From Gammaproteobacteria bacterium (GTDB lineage Bacteria > Pseudomonadota > Gammaproteobacteria > GCA-002705445 > GCA-002716945): 46,852 bases of DNA. The position numbers were made by a program, and so were the translations under genes. The DNA is taken from the NCBI GenBank assembly GCA_965660795.1, contig CBFIBF010000006.1:1-46852 (forward strand), written 5' to 3'. Under the pieces are notes generated by a model. The model was not told where the DNA came from and made no database searches. It worked only from the letters and a program-made list of their open reading frames with translations. Below, piece after piece: positions 40,828-46,852 of this stretch; positions within the stretch are counted from its first letter, which is position 1, and every line of letters starts with the position of its first letter.

Positions 40828-42668
40828 TTTAGATAATCATTATTGATATCAATTTCAAATGTATCATACTTAGAAAGATAGAAACTATTATAGTCTGACT
40901 CAGATTGTGTATTTCTCAAGTAATCTAAATAGTTATCATCGTCCACCTTATCTTGTCTGACTGATGATAAATTTATTGATTCAACCTTAATTAATACATA
41001 ATCACCACTCCCTAACTTGCTAGAAGTAAAAGTATTACTTATTGACTGACTATTTATAATCTTCATGACTTCATCATCAAAAGTTTTATCATACTGATAC
41101 ACTGAAAATGATTTATAGTCATTATCCACTCCTGCATTTAGACTTTGTAATTTTTTAGATGATAGTTGATTTAGTTTTTTACTACTTTTTTGAGTCATCA
41201 GCAAAGCCTTGATTGCTTGCTCTGATTCACTCAGTGTTAATTGAGAAGGTGGATAATATTTATTTTTCTTAATGAAAAGTATATCGTCATTTGAAATATA
41301 TATTGGGGGAAATATATTTGTAGAACCAATGTCATTGAATAATTGATTAATAACTCTACTGGACAAAATATTATCACTATAATCTTCACCTATTTTTTTA
41401 GTCCTTAACAGCTTAAGATCATATGATTTCGATATTTCTTCGAAAGATAGATTCTGAATGTATATTTTCTCTTTAATGCTATCAAGCATAGAAAAATATT
41501 TTTTTGTACCTTTATTCTTCTGAATTTGCGTTCTAATATCCTTTCTAACGTCTGCAAACTTTTTATTTTCAGGCGCACTAGACTTAATCAACTTTATGAT
41601 ATGTATAGCATTTGATTCAGATGATACTAATTTAATATCACCAGCTTCCATTGAAGTTAGATTATTTTTTATAAAGTTAGGTAAATCATCAAAAGATAAC
41701 TTGCCAATAAAACCTAAATTATTTTTAGTATCTTCATCAACTTCATATTTTTTAGATATATATTCAAATGACTTGTTTGATAATAATTCATTTAAAGCTT
41801 CATTTGCATTAGCTAATACAGACTCCTTATTATCTTTTATTGGAAAAACTAGATGATTTAAAGTATATGTTTTGTCAAGAGATAATGAACCTGAATTAAT
41901 TTTCTTTTGATAGTCTTCTAGCAATTCACTATCAGATACTTCAATCGAGGAAATGATAGACTCTTTGCTTAATCTTATGTAACTAAATTCGGCAGATGAT
42001 GATGACAAGAATGCTTCTTTATTTTTAATGTAATAATCATTGATATCATCTAATGTAATATTAATTGTATCTTTCATATCCTTGAGTTTCAAAAATAAAA
42101 TTTTGCCATCACGTTTATGATAATTTGCGTTTATGTTTAACTTTTTATCAGTAAGAGTTAAAATTGAGGAGTCTGTAATTGTTTTTCTAAGTTGTTCGCG
42201 AATACCTTTTTGATAAAGATATTGTTCGTAGACGTCAGGGTTCATATTAATTAGAAATAAACGCTTTTTATATAAACTTGGATTAAAACCATTTTCATCT
42301 CTAAAAGACGATGTTTCTTGAATTTCATTAATAATTGACTCGTCGCTGGTCACGAGGCCAATGTTCGAAGATATTGAATTCTCAACATTTCTACGTATCA
42401 GATTATCAAATGTAATTTTTTTAATAAAATTATCAGTGTAGATTGGTGGGATATTACCTTGATAGTTTTTTCTCAAAACCTCTTTGAACTGAGACATTTC
42501 TTGTTGAATAATAGATTTACTAATATCTTGATCATTAACACTGAAAGCATATTGCTCGTGGTTTGAACCATAGTCACCTACGCCTAAAAAAACTAAAGGT
42601 ATAGCAACAACTGTAATTAGCAATCCTATTACCCAAGTTTTTAATCTATCTCTTATTGCACTTAACAT
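40821..42668 (-). CDS. ppiD: PpiD-like periplasmic folding chaperone (SurA-N plus parvulin-like domain)
   Basis: MLSAIR, N-terminal TM anchor, F..ENGF, weak parvulin (HLVF...LGFIG...IHIIK); lon-hupB-tRNA-ppiD synteny. Confidence 0.85.
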   Translation of the reverse strand: MLSAIRDRLKTWVIGLLITVVAIPLVFLGVGDYGSNHEQYAFSVNDQDISKSIIQQEMSQFKEVLRKNYQGNIPPIYTDNFIKKITFDNLIRRNVENSISSNIGLVTSDESIINEIQETSSFRDENGFNPSLYKKRLFLINMNPDVYEQYLYQKGIREQLRKTITDSSILTLTDKKLNINANYHKRDGKILFLKLKDMKDTINITLDDINDYYIKNKEAFLSSSSAEFSYIRLSKESIISSIEVSDSELLEDYQKKINSGSLSLDKTYTLNHLVFPIKDNKESVLANANEALNELLSNKSFEYISKKYEVDEDTKNNLGFIGKLSFDDLPNFIKNNLTSMEAGDIKLVSSESNAIHIIKLIKSSAPENKKFADVRKDIRTQIQKNKGTKKYFSMLDSIKEKIYIQNLSFEEISKSYDLKLLRTKKIGEDYSDNILSSRVINQLFNDIGSTNIFPPIYISNDDILFIKKNKYYPPSQLTLSESEQAIKALLMTQKSSKKLNQLSSKKLQSLNAGVDNDYKSFSVYQYDKTFDDEVMKIINSQSISNTFTSSKLGSGDYVLIKVESINLSSVRQDKVDDDNYLDYLRNTQSESDYNSFYLSKYDTFEIDINNDYLNQ

Positions 42669-42683
42669 TTTAGTAGTATTTCA

Positions 42684-42757
42684 CGGAGACGAAGGGACTC
42701 GAACCCTCGACCTCCTGCGTGACAGGCAGGCATTCTAACCAACTGAACTACGCCTCC
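42684..42757 (-). tRNA. tRNA-Asp(GTC), CCA not encoded
   Basis: GGAGGCG TA GTTC..GAAT G CCTGC CT-GTC-AC GCAGG AGGTC GAGGG TTCGAGT CCCTT CGTCTCC G; followed by TGA rather than CCA. Confidence 0.97.
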
Positions 42758-42769
42758 GTGTTGTGATGT

Positions 42770-42778
42770 ATATTAACA
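42770..42778 (-). promoter_or_regulatory. Putative extended -10 promoter for tRNA-Asp/ppiD
   Basis: Minus strand TG-T-TAATAT, 12 nt upstream of tRNA-Asp G1. Confidence 0.4.
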
Positions 42779-42794
42779 CAGATTATTATTACTA

Positions 42795-42818
42795 AAGAAG
42801 CAGCTTTCGCTGCTTCTT
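42795..42818 (-). terminator. Hairpin after tRNA-Val, probable terminator or processing site
   Basis: Minus strand AAGAAGCAGC-GAAA-GCTGCTTCTT, 10-bp stem with GNRA loop, only a short T tail. Confidence 0.65.
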
Positions 42819-42830
42819 AGAATAATTTTC

Positions 42831-42907
42831 TGGTGGGTGATGTAAGAGTCGAACTTACGACCTCCGCCTTGTAAGGGCGGCGCTCTAACCAGCTGAGCTA
42901 ATCACCC
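42831..42907 (-). tRNA. tRNA-Val(TAC)
   Basis: GGGTGAT TA GCTC..GAGC G CCGCC CT-TAC-AA GGCGG AGGTC GTAAG TTCGACT CTTAC ATCACCC A CCA. Confidence 0.98.
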
Positions 42908-42929
42908 TTAATTAGAATTTCTAATTAAG
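42907..42929. repeat. Perfect 11-bp inverted repeat between hupB and tRNA-Val
   Basis: CTTAATTAGAA-T-TTCTAATTAAG. Confidence 0.7.
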
Positions 42930-43193
42930 AGCATCTTTTAAAGCTTTACCAGCTTTAAAAGAAGGTACTACAGAAGCAGAGATTTGAATAGATTCTCCTG
43001 TTCTAGGGTTGCGTCCAGTTCTTGCTTCTCTTTTCTTTGCCTTAAAAGTTCCAAAACCGACAAGCGCAACTTCACTATCGCTTTTGAGAGCATTAGTTAC
43101 TACGCTTATCATAGCCTCAACATGAGCTGTGGCATCAGACTTGCTACTACCTGCTGCTTCAGAAACAGCATTGATAAATTCTGCTTTATTCAT
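42921..43193 (-). CDS. hupB: DNA-binding protein HU
   Basis: MNKAEFI, LVGFGTF, ARTGRNPRTGE, PSFKAGKALKDALN; SD GAGGTG. Confidence 0.97.
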   Translation of the reverse strand: MNKAEFINAVSEAAGSSKSDATAHVEAMISVVTNALKSDSEVALVGFGTFKAKKREARTGRNPRTGESIQISASVVPSFKAGKALKDALN

Positions 43194-43221
43194 TTAACAC
43201 CTCTTTAATCGCAGTTATAGA

Positions 43222-43241
43222 ATGTTGAATGTATTCAACAT
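43222..43241. repeat. Inverted repeat upstream of hupB
   Basis: ATGTTGAAT-GT-ATTCAACAT. Confidence 0.6.
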
Positions 43242-43340
43242 AAGATTATTCTACATCAATAAACTTTAAAAAGTAGAGTAAATCTAACAAATATCATAAA
43301 AAACTATGGATTTTCGATTACTTTTAGGAATTTTTGTAAG

Positions 43341-45737
43341 CTATTGTAAATTTTTAGAAATATTTTCTAACTTATTTTTTTCTGGAGTAGTTTTATTTAC
43401 TTTAGATTTTGATTTAATTGGTTTGCTTTTAAGAGCTATAGCAAACACTTCATCAACGAATTTGACAGCATTTATTTTTAGTTTATCTAAAATAATACTT
43501 GGAATATCTCTAAGGTCTTTTTCATTATCCTTTGGAATAATGACTTCTTTTATACCTGATCTTTGAGCTGCTAAGAGTTTTTCTTTAAGACCACCTATCT
43601 CCAGGACTTCTCCTCTCAATGTTATCTCGCCAGTCATAGCAATATCAGATTTGATTGGAATATTAGATAACGCTGAAGCAACAGCTAGAGCCATGGTTAT
43701 CCCAGCACTAGGTCCATCTTTGGGTGTTGCTCCCTCAGGGACATGTATGTGAATATCTTTTTTGTCAAAATCTTCTAAATCTATTGCTAAATCTAATGAT
43801 CTCGTCTTAACAACGGTTATAGCTGCCTTAATAGATTCTTGCATTACATCACCAAGTTGACCTGTTTGTGTAATTTTTCCCTTCCCAGACATGGCGGCAC
43901 ACTCAACTCTTAACATTTCTCCACCAACAGATGTCCAAGCAAGACCATTTGCTTGACCTATCATATCTTTCTTGTCGCGCATCATTGAGGAGAATCTTTT
44001 CACACCAAGATAATTTTCTATTTCGTTAGGTGATATTTTTAATTTAGTTTTATCTGACATTAAAATTTCTTTGACAACTTTTCTGCAAATTTTGTTTATT
44101 TCTCTATCTAGACTTCTTACACCAGCTTCTCTTGTATAATTACTTATGATGTCTTTGATAGATTTAATAGATAAACTAAGCTCACTGCTTTTTAAGCCAT
44201 TTAATTTGAATTGTTTTGGAACTAGATATTTTTTGGCAATCTCAAGCTTCTCATTCTGAGTATAACCCGGTAGTCGAATTACCTCCATTCTATCTAAAAG
44301 AGGTGCAGGTATTGTATCGGTTGAGTTCGCAGTAGCGATAAACATGATGTTCGACAAATCAAAATCCACCTCAAGGTAATGGTCGTTAAACGCATTGTTT
44401 TGCTCAGGATCTAGTACTTCAAGAAGTGCCGATGATGGATCTCCTCTGAAGTCCATAGCCATTTTATCTATTTCATCAAGTAAAAATAATGGGTTATTAG
44501 TTTTAACTTTGCCAAGATTTTGCATTATTTTTCCTGGCATTGATCCTATATAAGTCTTACGATGCCCTCTTATTTCAGCTTCGTCCCTGACCCCTCCAAG
44601 AGACATCTTGATAAACTTTCTAGATGTAGATCTAGCTATAGATTTTGCTAATGATGTCTTACCAACACCAGGTGGTCCAACTAAGCATAGTATAGGTCCT
44701 CTAATTTTATTTACTCTTTTTGTTACGGCTAAATACTCAAGTATTCTCTCTTTAACTTTTTCTAGTCCATGATGATCATCCTCAAGAATTTTATTAGCAT
44801 TTGCCATATCTGTTGATATCTCAGTCGATTGGTTCCATGGTAAACTTACAAGGATATCTAGATAATTTCTTACTACAGTAGCCTCAGCAGACATTGGTGA
44901 CATCATTTTCAGTTTATTGAATTCACTCATAGCTTTTTCGTGTGCTTCACCAGGGAGTTTAAGCGATTTAATTTTATTTAGGAGTTGGTCTATATCATTA
45001 TTATCATCCCCAATTTCGCCAAGTTCTTTTTGAATGGCTTTCATTTGTTCATTGAGATAGTATTCTCTCTGGCTCTTTTCCATTTGCTGTTTAACCCGAC
45101 TTCTGATTTTCTTCTCAACATGAAGAATATCTAACTCACCCTCCATAGCTTTAATTAAGTATTCACATCGTTTTTTTATGTCTACAAGTTCTAAAACTTG
45201 CTGCTTTTCATCCAGTTTTAATGTCATATGAGCAGCTATACTGTCAGCAAGTTTAGATAAATCATCTATACCTGTTACAGAAGAGATAACTTCAGGTGGG
45301 ACTTTTTTATTTAGCTTTACATAGTTTGAAAATGTATCCTCCAATGTCCGAAATAATGCATCATGCTGATTATCAATATCTATATTTTCACTGTCCAAAT
45401 GAGAATATGTACAAGTTAATATGCTATTATTTTCTATTTTGTTAATCTCGACACGAGAGACACCCTCAACTAAAACTTTCATAGTTCCATCAGGCAGTTT
45501 AAGAAGCTGAAGTATAGTTGCTTCAGTTCCAATTTTATACAAATCATGTGCTTCTGGATCATCAACTTGGGCGCTCTTTTGTGTCACAAGAACAATATTT
45601 TTATGATGATTGTTCATAGATTCATCTAAAGACTTGATTGATAAGTCCCTTCCAACAAATAGAGGTACAACCATATTAGGGTATATAACTACATCCCTGA
45701 GAGGCAATAACGGAAGTGAAAAATACTTCTTCTTCAT
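43341..45737 (-). CDS. lon: ATP-dependent protease Lon
   Basis: [34 protein letters not shown]. Confidence 0.99.
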   Translation of the reverse strand: MKKKYFSLPLLPLRDVVIYPNMVVPLFVGRDLSIKSLDESMNNHHKNIVLVTQKSAQVDDPEAHDLYKIGTEATILQLLKLPDGTMKVLVEGVSRVEINKIENNSILTCTYSHLDSENIDIDNQHDALFRTLEDTFSNYVKLNKKVPPEVISSVTGIDDLSKLADSIAAHMTLKLDEKQQVLELVDIKKRCEYLIKAMEGELDILHVEKKIRSRVKQQMEKSQREYYLNEQMKAIQKELGEIGDDNNDIDQLLNKIKSLKLPGEAHEKAMSEFNKLKMMSPMSAEATVVRNYLDILVSLPWNQSTEISTDMANANKILEDDHHGLEKVKERILEYLAVTKRVNKIRGPILCLVGPPGVGKTSLAKSIARSTSRKFIKMSLGGVRDEAEIRGHRKTYIGSMPGKIMQNLGKVKTNNPLFLLDEIDKMAMDFRGDPSSALLEVLDPEQNNAFNDHYLEVDFDLSNIMFIATANSTDTIPAPLLDRMEVIRLPGYTQNEKLEIAKKYLVPKQFKLNGLKSSELSLSIKSIKDIISNYTREAGVRSLDREINKICRKVVKEILMSDKTKLKISPNEIENYLGVKRFSSMMRDKKDMIGQANGLAWTSVGGEMLRVECAAMSGKGKITQTGQLGDVMQESIKAAITVVKTRSLDLAIDLEDFDKKDIHIHVPEGATPKDGPSAGITMALAVASALSNIPIKSDIAMTGEITLRGEVLEIGGLKEKLLAAQRSGIKEVIIPKDNEKDLRDIPSIILDKLKINAVKFVDEVFAIALKSKPIKSKSKVNKTTPEKNKLENISKNLQ

Positions 45738-45767
45738 AACATTAATTTATGGTCGAATTTCGAATTA

Positions 45768-46852
45768 TCAAGACTTACTAACTTCTTTTTCACCGCTCTT
45801 GGACTTATAGATTATTAACGGCTTGGATTCAGCATCAACAACGTTCTTGTCGATAACCACTTTTACTATATCCTCTTGAGATGGAAGATCATACATTGTA
45901 TCTAGCAAAAGACTTTCAATTAATGTTCTCAGGCCTCTAGCTCCAGTTTTTCTTTTCATAGCTTTTTTGGCAATTGCAGATAATGCATCTTGTCTAAATT
46001 CAAGCTCACATCCCTCCATATCGAATAGTTTTTTATATTGATTAACAAGGGCATTTTTTGGTTCTGTAAGTATTCTTATTAGTGACTTTTCATCAAGCTC
46101 ATCAAGTGTTGCGGTAACAGGCAATCTTCCAACAAACTCAGGAATTAAACCAAACTTGATAAGATCTTCAGGACCAACACTATCTAATGTCTGTGAAAAT
46201 GATTTTTCAGCTTTAATCTCTTTTACCTTTGCGGAAAAGCCTATACCAGAATCATTTTTTCTCTGGTTAATTATTTTGTCTAATCCAGAGAATGCTCCGC
46301 CCACAATAAATAGCATATTGGATGTATCAACTTGAAGAAATTCTTGTTGAGGATGTTTTCTTCCGCCTTGAGGAGGAACAGATGCGATAGTTCCTTCTAT
46401 AAGCTTTAATAATGCTTGTTGAACTCCTTCGCCAGATACATCTCTTGTAATCGATGGATTATCCGATTTTCTAGAAATTTTATCAATTTCATCAATATAC
46501 ACTATCCCGGTCTGCGCTTTCTCTACATCATAATCACATTTTTGTAATAATTTCTGTATTATATTTTCAACGTCTTCACCTACATATCCAGCTTCGGTGA
46601 GTGTTGTTGCGTCAGCAATGGTAAAAGGGACGTTGAGTAGTCTTGCAAGTGTCTCAGCTAGTAGCGTTTTTCCAGAACCTGTTGGTCCGATGAGCAAAAT
46701 ATTGCTTTTGTTTAATTCAACATCATTTTTTTTAGGAGTAATATTAAGCTTCTTGTAATGATTATAGACAGCAACAGATAGAACTTTTTTAGCGTGTGGT
46801 TGACCAATGACATAATTGTTCAAAATATCGTTTATTTCATGAGGTTTAGGTA
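45768..46852 (-). CDS. clpX: ClpX ATPase (5'-truncated by window edge)
   Basis: Frame open to the edge ([17 protein letters not shown]); [23 protein letters not shown] loop. Confidence 0.98.
   Translation of the reverse strand, partial: PKPHEINDILNNYVIGQPHAKKVLSVAVYNHYKKLNITPKKNDVELNKSNILLIGPTGSGKTLLAETLARLLNVPFTIADATTLTEAGYVGEDVENIIQKLLQKCDYDVEKAQTGIVYIDEIDKISRKSDNPSITRDVSGEGVQQALLKLIEGTIASVPPQGGRKHPQQEFLQVDTSNMLFIVGGAFSGLDKIINQRKNDSGIGFSAKVKEIKAEKSFSQTLDSVGPEDLIKFGLIPEFVGRLPVTATLDELDEKSLIRILTEPKNALVNQYKKLFDMEGCELEFRQDALSAIAKKAMKRKTGARGLRTLIESLLLDTMYDLPSQEDIVKVVIDKNVVDAESKPLIIYKSKSGEKEVSKS

Noticed and set aside
42669-42910. tRNA-linked genomic island or att site
   Set aside because: No integrase, no duplicated tRNA 3' end seen, and hupB-tRNA-ppiD synteny is intact
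43341-43430. Lys-rich Lon tail starting KSKP, similar to the S2 tail
   Set aside because: Short low-complexity match that AT-driven Lys bias can explain
3530-45810. Other short ORFs in the track (e.g. 3530, 4496, 10659, 11532, 15118, 15407, 25445, 27811, 29179, 33198, 34182, 36197, 38173, 41596, 42984, 43306, 45610)
   Set aside because: All largely overlap well-supported genes in antisense or alternate frames

Overview
Very AT-rich, extremely compact chromosomal segment, most consistent with a streamlined Gammaproteobacterium (inferred from gene order and protein similarity). It is almost all housekeeping: partial aguB-like amidase, mfd, mscS, nagZ-ispF-ispD-ftsB-eno-kdsA-pyrG-tilS-accA-dnaE-rnhB, the rpsB-tsf-frr-uppS-cdsA-dxr-rseP-bamA-skp-lpxD-fabZ-lpxA cluster, map, dapE, yejABEF, fabI, ppiD, tRNA-Asp, tRNA-Val, hupB, lon and partial clpX. 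I found no mobile elements or CRISPR arrays. The most interesting item is a self-contained two-gene unit at about 470-1450. It holds a 50-aa secreted acidic peptide ending in DDEEPDCE (absent from the ORF track), followed by a secreted SoxL-like four-cysteine rhodanese, with its own promoter, strong SD sequences and an intrinsic terminator. This is a candidate periplasmic sulfur-carrier peptide/sulfurtransferase system. Also notable: an exact three-gene inversion (gnnA-gnnB-lpxB) in the lipid A cluster implying diaminoglucose lipid A, absence of pyrH from its usual site, a CCA-less tRNA-Asp abutting ppiD, a palindromic candidate bidirectional promoter, apparently leaderless genes, and overlapping 3' ends in all four convergent gene pairs.
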